Position numbers and translations under genes: made by a program. From Trichinella spiralis (lineage: Eukaryota): DNA of 64,000 nt. Location of the stretch: contig NW_003526943.1 in NCBI RefSeq assembly GCF_000181795.1, positions 6,214,405 to 6,278,404 on the forward strand, given 5' to 3'. Position 1 is the stretch's first letter. The number at the start of each line of letters is the position of its first letter. The notes beneath the pieces are model-generated. The model was not told the DNA's origin, did not search any database, and saw only the letters and a list, made by a program, of their open reading frames with translations. Shown here piece after piece: positions 45,653-59,800 of the stretch.

Positions 45653-47549
45653 ATGGCATTTATTGGGTTTCGTTGTAACAACCTTATCAGTAGTACTATT
45701 TTGAAGCTTTCATCTTGTAAACCACTTCACAGAACTGTGACAAGTAAGCAGTTTTACACTCCTGATCCCGATAAGCCTGCCCCATGGCCTTACAAGGTAA
45801 GCCAACTTGTTAAATTCGTCTCAGTTACATTTTTTTGAAAGTTATCTTTGGCATTGAATTAAACAACAATTTTTTTACATTTTAAATATAATTGAAGTTA
45901 TTTTACTGTTTAATATTGTATAGGAAAAAGGATACCGATGGTGGCATCAGCACATTGATCGTACTACGAAGCGGCTGGATGAAAATTCTCGTTTGATAGT
46001 GGTCGAGGGAAATATCGGCTCTGGGAAAGGAAAATTCAGTCGTGAACTGGCAGAACTGCTTGGCTTTCACTATATCCCGGCTGTGAATTTGGATGACATT
46101 TTTGTCGATTCGTACGGCATTGATAGACGACATTATTATCATTTACTTCCAGAAAGTTGTCGTTTCTTTGATGCGAAATTGTTCTATGAAAATCCTAAAC
46201 ACAAAAATGTGGCGAATTTCCAGTACATGATGTTCTATTCGAAAGTGGAAAATTATTTAAATTCTCTGGCACATTTGATGAATACAGGTCGTTATTAAAT
46301 TGTATTTTTCTTGACTTTTGTTATTTGATTGTTGTTCAGTTGTTTGTTTGTCTGCTTTCAGGCCAAGGAGTCGTGACGGAAAGAATCGCTCATAGTGATT
46401 TTGTATTCGTCAAAGCGATGCATGAGCAAGGCTTTCTAAGTGACGATTGTATGAAATGAAGCGTTTGTTTTGTCGCGTTGTTTTTGTTATTAGTTTAAAC
46501 TATTATTTTAGTTTACGATTATTATTTCAAATTGAAAAAGCATATTTTGGCCACAATTCCACTTTTTCCTCATCTGGTAATATATCTGGATTGCCCAGTA
46601 AGAAAATGTATGGAAAACATTAACCGTCGCAACATAGTAAAATGCGTTGTTTTTTTTACATTTTGCACAAAGTGACTGTATTTGATTCTTGTAGCCTTGG
46701 GAAAACAATGGAAAAGTGATTGATTTTTCTTATCTAGAAACGATAGAAAACGGATACAGGGAATATTTAAAGCAGGCAGAGTAATTGATGAGCAATGATA
46801 ATTGAAAGAGACATTCTAATTTTATTTTATTTTTTTAATGTCAGTGATGAATCCATCATTATGGTGTATGATTGGGAAAATTCTGGAGAAGTTGCTTTGG
46901 TAGGAAGTATTGGTTGTTATTTTGTGATTTTATTATTCAAGTGTGCATGAAAGTTTTAGGTTGTGGAAGATATTGAAAAAGTTGACTTGGACACATATGA
47001 ATGGCATAAAAATAACAAATTTGAAGGTTGGCACAATATAGCATCAGAAGCTTGGTGGTGTTATAGACGTTGGCAGTAAATTTTTTCAGCTCAGGTTGTT
47101 CAGTTGTTTTCTTTTCTTTTTCATCTTTCAGATATACAAGCAAAGTGAGTATAATGCGTCATTTTGCTACTATGCCGTGTTGGGATGTACCGGAGATGAT
47201 GATTCATCCAGATGATCATGGTCTGTTGACATGGGTAGCGGAAAATGTGGTAAATTGTTTTTTCTTGAATATTTTGAATAAGAAAGCTACAAATTTGACT
47301 TTTCAGATTTCTGGTAAATATTCATCTGGCTACAATACGGATAAAGGCGATTCTTTTTGGAAAATTTTCTTCAGCTCTAATACACGTAATCTACGAAATG
47401 CTTGCTGGTATGATCACTATTGGCGTGATGGGTGGTATCACCACAACAGAAGGTTGTATGCTCCTACAGTTTATTTGCCAAATATACCAGAAGAAGAATT
47501 GAAGCCTAGAGAATTTATTATGCGTGATAACAAAGTTTTGAATGCCTGA
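45653..47549 (+). CDS. NDUFA10: NADH:ubiquinone oxidoreductase subunit A10 (42 kDa, deoxynucleoside-kinase-like; nuo-4-like)
   Basis: Mitochondrial-type presequence, then PAPWPYK|EKGYRWWHQHIDRTTKRLDENSRLIVVEGNIGSGKG, ALAHLMNTG-like/GVVTERIAHSDFVF and PHLVIYLDCP. Multi-exon. Confidence 0.9.
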
Positions 47550-47880
47550 ACATATATTATTATTATTATACGCTTGATTTTGATAAGTGTTAATTTTCAG
47601 CATCGTATAGTAGTACTTGGCTAGGATAGTAAAATCACACAGCAGTTAGTATTTTTGTTTATAAAATTTTTTTTCATAAAGAATAAGAATACTTATATAT
47701 TTTTAAAATTGTTTTTTATTAATTAGAATTGTTTCGAAATGAAAAGATTACGTGAAAGGTTGTGAAAAATCATCAATGGACCATTTTCTCCAATCAAAAA
47801 CAATTTATTGTTCTATCGCAACAGGCAGTTGAGTTAGTTGTTATTGTTTCTGTTGTTGTTTTGCATGAAGATGGATACTT

Positions 47881-50800
47881 TTATGTGGTATCTTTTTGCT
47901 TCGGCTCTAGAAGCTGTGATAGTCGAAGAAATTTCCGTTGGTCATCGATGATTCTGAAATTGCGCACCAAATGTTGAGCATCCGTTGGAATCTTTGACGA
48001 ATCAATTTGCAGCATTTGCGACTTGTACATTCTGTGATTGCGAAGTGTCTGAGCCATCATGTGCTATATAAATTAATTTTAAAGCATTAATATAAATTAA
48101 TTTGCAATGATATATTAGGTAGTTTACCATTTTTTCAAAATTCACCATGCCGTCGAAATAAGTTTTATTACCCTCGTGTGCGAAAAGAAGATCTAAAATT
48201 ATGTATATATATATATACATGGATATTTTTGTTGTTGTATACATGGATATTTCACCTTTGAGAAGCAGTGGTATGAATGGTATGGTTGGAGGTTTCATCT
48301 TCGCTACTAACAGTCTGTAGGCTCGATGGTTGCGGGACGGATCGAGAAGGCTTTCAAATTCGAAAAACAACTTGCGAAATTTGGCGTTTACTTTCTGAAT
48401 CGACCGTTGGTTGGTTAGTAGGAGATGATACCCAAAAAAATCTAATAAATTTGCATTTACCTCCCAAGTTTGAGATAGTCGACTGATTGCTACGTTGCTC
48501 AAGCCAAGGGTAATGGCAAAAAATGAAAACAAATCTTGATTGGCTTTGCAGCTGAAAATTTTTCAAAACAAAAAGATATTAAATTTGATTTCAGTTTAAA
48601 ATTCAAAATTTATTCCATCATTACTGTAGAGCTATTTTGATGAACTTTTTCACCACGTGCGCCCGTTTGGACACACTGCCGCAGAGCAAAATTTCAGTTA
48701 TAACCCAAAATTGCAACTCGTTGAAACGTCGGATGAGCAAGTCCAAATTGACCGGCACTTTTCCAGGAAAAAGATTCCTGCCCACCACGTGATAAAGCAG
48801 CTCGTATTCGTGCGTGTTGATGAACAATTGCCAGTGGTAAATTAGCAAGTGTTGAGCTAATTCGGTGCTTGTCAGCGTTTCCAATATCACCGAATGTACA
48901 CTTTCACTTGGACCAGCTTGTTCCGGAAGTGGGCTCTAAAAAGTGGAATATAATTTCAAAATTTAATTCAAAAATATGTTAAGCTTCATCCAGGGTGATT
49001 TCAACAAAATATACCAATGATTCGACTTGATCTTTGAAGCAGGCGAACAGCCGTCCGTTGTGGCTCATGCTTGTCGGGATTCCTGTGTCATTTGGCGCGA
49101 AGATATTTTTTTCTAAAAAGTGAATTCTGCTTTGACAAACAACACTTGTGCATCGCACAAGTTGTGCCCACACTCACACCCACACACACCTCTGTTTGAT
49201 TTCACTTCCACCAGTTCGACCCCTTCACCGTTGCCCAAGCCGAGCTTCTGCGACGCCATACGCTTGATCGTCTCACAAGTCTGGTCGACGCGTATTTTCA
49301 ATGTCGACGTTCTCAGCGAGTCCGAGCTGTTCACTTTCACAATACCTGCGTGGGTAAGGAGGAGTAACGTTTCGTTTTTGTCAAAAGTGAAACTGTGAAT
49401 ATGGAAATTTACATAAATCGAACGGCAAAACCGGCGAATTGGCCGGCAATTCACGGATGAAGTTGTTGTCCGAAAGGATCACCGGCGGTCTGGCACTCGA
49501 GCCGAGCGCTTGTTCACGCTCCCGCATCAGCTTTTCCACTATGGTCAATTCGGGCAACAGTTGCGGATGGTCTCGACTGTCTTCCAAGATGGCGCAGTAC
49601 ATTTCCTAGAAATTCTAAACATTGACATCCCGGCCAAGCAGGCTGACCAACAATCACCACCACCATCACCTCGATGAACGCAGCACCAACTGGATCTTCG
49701 TAGAACATGTGTCCGGATATTTGAATCCAAGCTTGCAAGAAAGCGATCACTCGCTTGCGAAAACTGAGCTGGTGTTCGACACTTTCGGTCAAAATCGACT
49801 CTGACAAAGCCGAGTTGCCATTGATACTCTATATTTTCAATATTAAAGAAGAAAATTTGGAATACAATACAGATAGAACTGTTGAACAGTGGAATGAAAC
49901 AATTAATAATAACTTACAGAACAGCCTTGCTGATAATAAATTGTAAGTGCGTTGCAGAGTTCATTGGTAGGCATGAAAATCAAATGCGTCAAGATGAAAT
50001 CTTCCATGAACGTATCCGCGATGTCTTCATCTTTTGCACAATCAATTCTCGTTTCTAGTAAATATTCGACCATTTTCTCCGGTGTTCCCGCCATTACTGA
50101 ATATCTGAAGTGGATAATTTGGTTCAACTATGCTAAAATGCAAAATTCACAAATTTTTATTCTCAACAACCTGTAGGCAATTGGAGAACGATTGACGCGT
50201 ATTGGCACTTTTTCCAAAACCAGCACATCGTGACCGTGCTCTTTTAGGCGTACAGTGTTGGCTTCAACGTCGCGCAGTATACGATCAAAGTCGTGCTTGT
50301 CCACGCGAAGAAACTGGCAACAATTTTCATTCAGGATAATTGTAGCCGCCCTCGGAGCATCGTTGACCAAAGCCAGCTTTCCAAAATCATCACCCTCTTG
50401 CAGAGTGCACACAACACCCTAGCGATGTAAGAATTTTGGATGAAGCAAAAAAAATTTTAAATAAACAAAACACAGGCGAGGTAGGTACTTTGCCGTGAAT
50501 GACAACATTGACCGAACCCTTCAGTATGATATACCAGGATTTGCCTTGGTCACCCTGTCGAAAGAGAACCGTGCCGGCATTTTGGTGCTGTTCAAACATG
50601 ATCACCGTGGCCAGTTCACGCTTGACCATGGTGCTCAGATTGGACAACGCTTTGATGTTTAATAATTCTTCAAAAACCACTTCCAATTCTTCATTGCTTC
50701 GTTCGTTGGGACTGAAAATGGGATGAGATGAGCGAAAATGCAAGTGAATAATAATTTTAATAATTTATCAAAATTGGTTACGCTTTTCGAAGAACCATTC

Positions 50801-53800
50801 TGAATAAAGCATCCGGTCCCATGATGGACAGATTGCTGATGGCCAACAAGAAATCGTTTTCAGAATAAATTCCATCATCGTCGGACAAATTCAACGCACG
50901 CACCGCCGCATCAGTGGATCGTTCATCTTCCACCCACCGGTAGAAGAGGTATTTATCCAAAAAAGGATATTCGTGAGTAACTGAAATTATTGTTGTCACA
51001 GTGGAATAATGAAAAACGAACAGACCACAAATTACCATGATGTATGATGCCTTCTTCGAGCAGCACTTGCCAAATTCCGGCCGCTTGCATGCGATTTTGT
51101 ACAACTGAATTGCTCTGACGCAGCAGCCAGTCGACCATCTCCGTGCCGACCATGCAACGCTTGTACAGGGTCATTTGGAATTTTCGATCACGAATCATAT
51201 TCGGCGAACGCACAACCATTGCCGAACGAAGCACACGACTTGCCCAGCTGATTTGCATATCCGGAGTCTGAATGTGTGATATTTATTCATAAATAAGGTA
51301 ATAAATGAAAACAAGAACTGTGAATAAAAATTTTCAATATCGTTTATTCTGACTGCTGAAAAAAAGTGCATATTTACCAAAGGTGAGTGAATCATGTATG
51401 TGCAATGGAGAAGCAGGAGGAAAAAGTTACTTTTCTCAAAGAAAAGTAGTGGTAGTAGTAGTAGTATTAGCAATAGTATGTTGATGTTGAATTATTTAGT
51501 GAATTGAAAAAAATGGCATTTTGTCAATGAAAATCATTTAATTTATTATTATTATTCTTACTGATGAGAGAAGGGAATATTTGAATAAAGTTCTTCGAGT
51601 AAGAAAACAAATAAGCAAAAAGAATAAGAAGAAAAAGTAGTAGTAGATGAAAACCTAAGCAATGTAGAAAAAGCTTATTTACATTGTCATGAAATACGAG
51701 AAAAGTGGTAGCGGTTATTGATTATTTGATAATTGAAGAGGAAATATAAAGCCAAAAAAGAAAAATATTCAATGTGAAATATGTTCAACCAATGATGATG
51801 AAGGTTCTTTTCTTGTCGCCCAGTGGAAAAAAAAGTAGAAGAAGAAAATTACCATAATTTTCACTGTTGAATAATTTCTATTCATCAAAGATTGGAATTG
51901 ATGAGCATCTTCAACGTAGAAAGAGAGAGAGAGAATGGAGTCTGTTTTCAAAGGATTAAAAATAAATTTAAAAAAAACAAAAGATGAAGAAGAAAACGAA
52001 GAAGAAGTGTTCTCCCACGCTTTTTATTCAAGCATTCGCTTGTTTCATGCAAGAATTTCAAATTCACTCTACTGGCAATAAATGGCGGATGAATGAATCA
52101 ATAATTAGCAACGAGACTCCAACCTTGGGGCACGTTTCAAGCCTACGCTTTGAACGCCGGCGCCGTCCACTCTGTCCATCTTATGCACACGGCATTTGTT
52201 AGCGTTGTGCAATTTTGCAATTCAATTTTCCACTCAAACATAGCCGGCTTCAAGCAGAATTATTTCTTGCTTTTCTATTTCATTTTCGAATTATAAAAAG
52301 ACCAAAGGAAAAACTCGTCTGATATTTTAACTCGTTTAACAAGTCGCTTGGAATTCAATTAGCGCATTTTTTGGATCCAATTTTAAACACGCTGATGGAC
52401 GTTGGTGTTAGCCAATATTGCATGCCGTACAGTGAAATTTACAAAAATTAACAATAGAAAAAAGAAAAGAAAATCTCTCTCTTATCTTACGAGCTATTTT
52501 TTGTCTTGGCATGGAAAAGTTATGGATGTGTGTAAATATCATCATTATCATTCATGTTAATTATAGTTTTGTCGTGTCAATGAATGCCTTATAGCGTTTT
52601 TGAAAAATGCGAACGAAATAGGCGTATCTTATGTAGATGGATAATACAGGCGTGGGATGGCGTCGGATCGAAAGTCATCCATCCAACTGAGCCACAATTC
52701 ACACTTTGGGATGAATTTGCATTGCAACGGAAACTGATCGATTTCCGAAGACGAATTCAGCATTTGAAAATTTTCAAATCAATTTCACACAAATAATAGA
52801 AACTGAAAATGCAGAATTGCAAAAAACCAATAATCTTCGTTTACGATGAACCATTCATTTTTAAGAGGTAAAAATTTTGTTTTTCTTTCTCATAAATTCC
52901 AAACAAACAACGTACAACGTTCCTTGATGATCATTGTGAAGCAATAAAATAAAAAATAAAAATTTCCATAAATTGCAATAAAATTTTCTCCAATCTATAT
53001 GATCAATAATATAATTCAAGCGTATGTGATCTTGTTTTGCTATATTGCCGTTGAAATGATGATCAAAATCGATGATGCGCACATTCTGCCGAAGCACACA
53101 CATTTTCCTGATCAATCTCACTTTATGCAATAAATAATCACTCTTCGATAAATATATATATGTATGTATGTGTGTGTGTGTATGCGCGATGAAAAATGAT
53201 AATTATTAAAATAAAAAACTGTCATCAAAAAAGGAATTTTGATTAATATCCAATTTGATGTAAGATAAAATTGTTCAGTTCAATTTTTGAAAATGCAATT
53301 AATTTTCACTCAACGTGAACAAAAAATACGAATGTATAAGTGTGGATGTGCAGCTTTTTGAAACAGAACAAATTTAGCACAAATTCAATATGCAAATATT
53401 GTGGTGAACAATTTTGCCCTTTGTATTTTTTTAATTGTCACTCGCGTTAATAAAAATAAAAAAATCACGATTGAATTATGCTTTTTTTCTGCTGTTCTAT
53501 TATTAGATTAAATACTGTTGTGATTTAACGAGCAAATATTGTTGACGAAATTTTGCTAACGACTGTAATTTTTTTCAATTGATCATTTATTACATGAAAA
53601 TTAGACTCTCTTTCAAACACCTACTAATTTTCTCCTACGTCACTGGATGACGTATGCAAAATATGAAGAATTTCCTCATGTTAAAACTTAAGAATAAATT
53701 TTGAAAATGTTGTAATTTTTCCATTTTCTCATGCATGAGAGCGTTGAAATTCGAAATCACAAACACCACCACCAACAGCAGCAATAATTGATTTGAAAAT

Positions 53801-56800
53801 ATAGTTTTAAATTTTTTTTATGAAATTTCATTTGGAATAAAAAGTACAAAACTGATTTTTATATACAAAATTTTTGCATTTGAATAAAATTTCAAAATGG
53901 GCAATTTTCACTTAACAAAATCAAGTGGTAATGGAAAATTATCTCTGCAAATTCATCTGATGGCAATCAAAATTTCAATTTATTTGTCTCTAATGGAAAC
54001 TTAATTTTGAAATGTAAATTCAATGTACATGAAAAGTATGGTGAAATTGAATTGAACAAAAAACAGAAATTAATTAATCAACATTTTAAAACTTTGAAAA
54101 TTTCAATAATGCTCATTGCACATGGAGTACAGTATCAGATGTTGGTATTGTTGTTATTGCTGCACAAAAGTTGGTACAGAAGTTTTTCTGAAGAGAGGTT
54201 GAAATCAATACAATTCAACAGAGATAAATAAATTTGACAACATGTTGTCATTATAAATTTATAATTGGTGCAATTTTAAATATTGAATAATTTACAGTTT
54301 GAAAACTGAAAGTCAACTTTGTCATGTTGAATTGGAAAAATTGAAATGTGATATGATTTTCAAGTATCGTGTTATTTTTGTAAAAGTATTTTTAAAATTT
54401 CCATAAATTTCCATAAAAATGCAAGAGAAAAGGAAAAATGAATTTCATTATTTCAACATTGTACGCTAAACGTGTAAATGTCAGAATCTATTTTGGATTT
54501 TTCATTCAACAAGCATAATGTGTTAATTTTTCTTCTAGTACTACTACTACTACTACTATATTTGCAGTTTAATAAAATAAAAGTATAATATAAAAAGCAA
54601 AAGTAATTTTTAAAAAATTGAAAAGTGTACTCACCAGAAGATTTTTCAATTCAATCAAATTATTATTGACTTGTGAATCATCAGGACGAGCAGTAGCGGT
54701 AGCATTAGTTGTAATACCGTTTGCTGGTTCAGCCATCGGATCACCGATGCTGGTTGCTGGATTTTTCGCTTCAAGCTTATCGCCCACTGAGCTGCTTTTC
54801 CTCAAAGTGCTCACTTCACGCTGTGGATCGACCGACGAATCCGCCGGCATCGTGCAATAGACTGAATGAAACGATTGGAAATTATTCTTCAAACCTTTTC
54901 TCTTTTCAGGCTTCTTCTTCTTCTTCTTCTTTTTTATTTGAATGGAAAATTTTGAACTGACTTGACTGTCCGTTGTCGACTGGTCAGTGTCCGAAAGAAA
55001 AGAACTTGTCGACGAGGTGGTGTCCATCAGTGGTGAATATTTCGCACGGCTGCTCAGCAAAGCAGAGCTGTCCGACGCGGCCACACCCCTGCTCATTGGA
55101 AACGGTTGATTAGCTTTCAGCGACATTTGTTCTCCGACACTGGCCGCAGTTTGTTTTGGATCACAATTGACAGCCTCTTCCTTTGATGGCTTGTAATTGC
55201 TCGCAGCAGCAAAAGCTGTCTCTGATTTAAATGCTGACAACGAAACTGAATCAGCTTGCTTCACTCCTTTCGATATTTTTGAACTTGAAGCTTTCACTAA
55301 ATTTCCAAAAAGAAAGTAAAAAATTAACACCAACATATGTAAATTAAACATATATATATACATACATATGACTATATGTATAATTATTTCATTTTTTGAT
55401 TTACAAAACAAACATGACAATTCAGCTTTATTAACTCTCATCTCTACTATGATCAACAACGGAAATAATTCTTCCACTGCAACTGTAACAGCTTGTACCT
55501 TTGCTTTTTATAGAAAATCACTCGTCTATTTATTTTTTTTTCTATTAAAATTATCATTAAATATGATCGATCCTTAATTCTTTTTAATGTCCATTTTGTT
55601 TCTTCTACTGAAGTGTAAATAAATTTTCACTCAACTGATATGATTCACTTGTCAAAATTGTTCGTTCACTGGATTTTCACTTACAATCCTATCTGTGTGC
55701 ACGTTTTAGTGTTGATGACTAATTCGAAAAGAAAATTAATTTTTTTTTCAAACTTCATTGCAAATTCAAATTTTGCCTTTTAGCCAATTCCTTGCATAAC
55801 CTTCACCATGCAAAAATGCATTTAATCAATTTTCAGCTTTTTCTATGTTCGAGAAAATTAATGAAAAAAAATATGCTTTCATCATGCATTCTGCATTGTT
55901 TGATGACATCAATGTTTAACTGATTGCAGAAAATAATTGAATGAATCTTATAAATTCTTTTGCAATTGCACACATTGCATTATTTTATAAAACAAATCCG
56001 AGAATTTCAAGCATTTTGCTTTTGCTTTGCCAAAGCATCATTTCAAAGCAAAAAAGTCAACTGCGATGATAAAATTGAAATTAAAACAGCATGAATTTAC
56101 TTTTTGAAAAAAACTTATACCAACATATAATCAATCATATTTTTTTACTTTTTGAAATAAACCATAAAAGCTATAGAAACAGGAAGAAACACAATTAACC
56201 AATTTTAATTTACACGCAGAATAGAATAAAGAAATCTTTGACGTGCAACTTAAATGATTAAATTGATTACAATTAAAACAAAAAAACATCCATATGCATA
56301 TTTATTTATTTATTATTTGATGTAAATTAAAGAAAACATAAAAATTCAAATCACTCTCTGGTGATTATAAACATTTTGATTCAATGATTATAATGCGCAT
56401 TATAATGCACAGATGCACTTGTCATTTTGAAAATTTTTCTTCATCGATAAATTACCCTCACTTACCAAACTTATTTTTGACAATGCTTTCCAGTGATACT
56501 GTATTTTGCATAAGTTCATTTTCATACTGCTGAAAAATGAATAATCATTAATGATAAACATCACTGAAAATAACAAATCATTATAATAATATGCATCATT
56601 TATTATTATTATCTTTTATCTATCATTCTACAACTAAAAATAAATTTCAGTTACACTCTATTATAAATATGACTTTTACAATATGAGCAAATAATAAATG
56701 TCGAAACAGATGCAAATGTACAATTGAATTGTAGTTTTACAAAGTGAAAATATATTCATTTTTCATCTTTTCATGTTTCAAATAAAATTCACCAATGAAG

Positions 56801-59800
56801 ATAAACAATAAAGTTATTTAAAATAAGTGAATGAATGAAAAGTTTAAATTTTATGGTTTTAAATTTATGCTAATAGAAAATAATAGATAAACCATTTTAA
56901 ATTATTAAAATAATGTTTAATCTACTCCACTTTCAAAAATTGAACAAGCAATTAAAGCTTGTTTCAATATTTTTTGCAAATTAAAAATATCAAACGCTAT
57001 AATGATTATTATAAGTGATTTATTATGCGTTTGAAAACTAAACATCAACACTTCGCATCAGGGGAATTTCTTTTCAAAGTTATGCTTGGAGAAAATTGAA
57101 TGATAAAGCAAATTGTAATTTTAATGTAGATTCATAATAAAAATTATATGTCTAAAAATTTCTACAAAACACTTACTTCCCAAATCAAAGAGAGACTGGA
57201 AAAATCCAAGCGAATGAACTGAGAACGTTGACTTACTATTGCTGTGCATGGTTGAAGCTGTTTATTTAGGGCCCCTTCCCCAAAAGTGCATCCAGAATGT
57301 AATGTTTTAATTTTCACAAGTTCCTGAAATGATAAGAATATATAATAAATTAGAAAGTTTTTAAACAGATTTGAAAAAGATGTAAAAATGAGTAATCTTT
57401 TGTTAAAAGTTCATAATAAAATAAAATGAAAATTCCTTCAAGGCTCTTGTGATTTTGTCTTTCAAAAATTATTATATAGCTTGTTCTTTTTTATACAAAT
57501 GAACCTTAGGCAAGTTAATTATTATATTTCTATCTTAATAATTAATAATGAAAATTTTGCTCAATAAATAAAAATGAAAATCAAATGATATAGACTTGTA
57601 AGCTTGAACAATATATTTTTAATTAAAAAATGAAAAACAAACAAATAAACATGGCTTCAGTAAATTTTAATGTGTATATTATTAAAACAATTAAAAGTAT
57701 GCATTGGACATTGAATAAAATTGAATACTTACTGAAGGTTTTTCTGGATCATAACAATACAAATCTACTGAACCATCCAACAGCGCATACCAATTACTGC
57801 TGGGTTTTCCTTCGCAGAAGACTGAAATGTTCATCCACATGTAAACAGAATTAATTCGTTTATACATGCATATATGTGTGTGCGCGCATATTGTATTTTA
57901 AAATAAAAAAATTCTAAATAATAAATTTAATAAAATTATAATAATAAATTATTACAAAGTAGCATACTAAATAAAAAGATAAAAGTAATAAAATGAATGA
58001 ATAGATTTGAATTTATCAATTCAGAATGTTATTAAGAAAACGTCGCTTTGCAAAATTGTAAAAATAAAAATCCAACTTTTGCAATAAATAATTATTGTAA
58101 TGCAATTTATTGGAAAATGAAACATCAGAGTTATTTTGAAATTAAAAAGCAATGCACGTTTTAATAGATTTGAAAAAGTTAAATAAAATTTCACAATTTC
58201 AATGCGTTTATTGAACATTTCAAATTACCATGTATATTATAAAAAATAAAAAATCCAAAGCATTAATTTTAATTAATAAAATTTGAAATCTTTAATAGAG
58301 TTATTTCACTTTAAAGCCAATGTTTATTTTCAGTGAGAAAATGAGAACAATTTACTTACGAACAATGCCGGCATCAAGTTCTTCATATAAGCCGCGGGAG
58401 GCTAGCAGTTCCACTAATTGCTGGCTGAAGTGCTCAAACGCTGCAACGCCGCGTATTCGATCAGCTACTGAATTGCAGTCGGCATGGGAAACTTTTTTGA
58501 TGCTAATAAAATAAAAAATTATAAAAGCTTCTTCTTTTTCGAAAGTTACTAAAGCAAGCAGTTGGCTTGTTGTCTCATAAACCAACAACAACAACAAAAT
58601 TCCACTATAACATCATCAATGTTCGTATCCTTACCTCATTTCACTACATCTATCAATCGATTTTATGAAAATTCATTTCAATATGGCAAGTGAGAATTGA
58701 TAATAGCAATAAAGGTGTTAAGAATAAAATTATTAAAGCGGGATTGTAAATTTCATAAAATTGTCAAAAAAGAAAAAGAAGAAGGAGAAGAAGAAGTTGA
58801 TTAGAAATGTGAAAATCATTGAAACGCCAATTCTTTGCATAGGAGGTTACAATGCTACAATCGTATATAAATTTTCACTTTACCAGAAGGTTGTCTGAAT
58901 AAGAATTGATTTTAATACGGCAACATTCATGGGAGAGGGGAAGCGTAGTTCAAGAAGATCGCGTGGTTTCGATTAATGCATCAGTTTGAATCAATAAGCG
59001 AAATTTCCTCCCTTCTGATCTTACCATCACTTCCTATCATGGTTCCATTTAAGCTTGAAAACAGAAAACAATTTTTTACCTTCCTACATGCACATTTCTC
59101 TAATATCCACATACATATCAATATGTAACAATAGTTGAATAATAGAAGAACAAAAAGATAAAGCAACCTGCAATAATGCAGAATGGTAAATTTTAAAATT
59201 GATTAATAAGTAAAAGTTAATCAATGACAATTGAATGCATGGTTTTCATAAAAACAATTCCAATTCTGTATATTAAAAATAAAAATAATTAATTTCACAA
59301 ATTAAACTTAAAAGCTGATCAATCGACAGCTGAACTGGTTGATCAACGATTCAAAGATAAATTAATGAAGAACAAAAATTTTTTAAGATTACAATATTAA
59401 TATGATTAGCAAAAGTGAAAAAAGTTCACTTCATTGATGGCGTAATTTTATACCGCCTTTAGAACTTTGGAATATTGACTGAAAAAGGAAAATCACAGTA
59501 TTGGAGCCATCTTACGACGTGTTCACTCAGTCAGATTTGGCAAACGTCATTTTCTCAAAGGATTAATTTAATTTTAGCATTCAAACAATATCCACCACTA
59601 TTGACAACTGTAATTCACAAAACAGTTTGCATGATTATTCTAATAGAATGTGACATTGTTTACTTTATGATTGAATTTCTAAGAAAATAAATAATCATGA
59701 GCAAAAAATTATCTCTTCGTGCAATTACTTAATACTGGCAAAATTTTTAATATACTGAAAAAATGTATGCAAAATATGAAAGACATACTGCTAAAGAAAT

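Noticed and set aside
58625..58633. GTATCCTTA U12-like donor on the plus strand
   Set aside because: Better explained as the reverse complement of a minus-strand gtaagg donor in the Epac 5' region; no plus-strand gene here.
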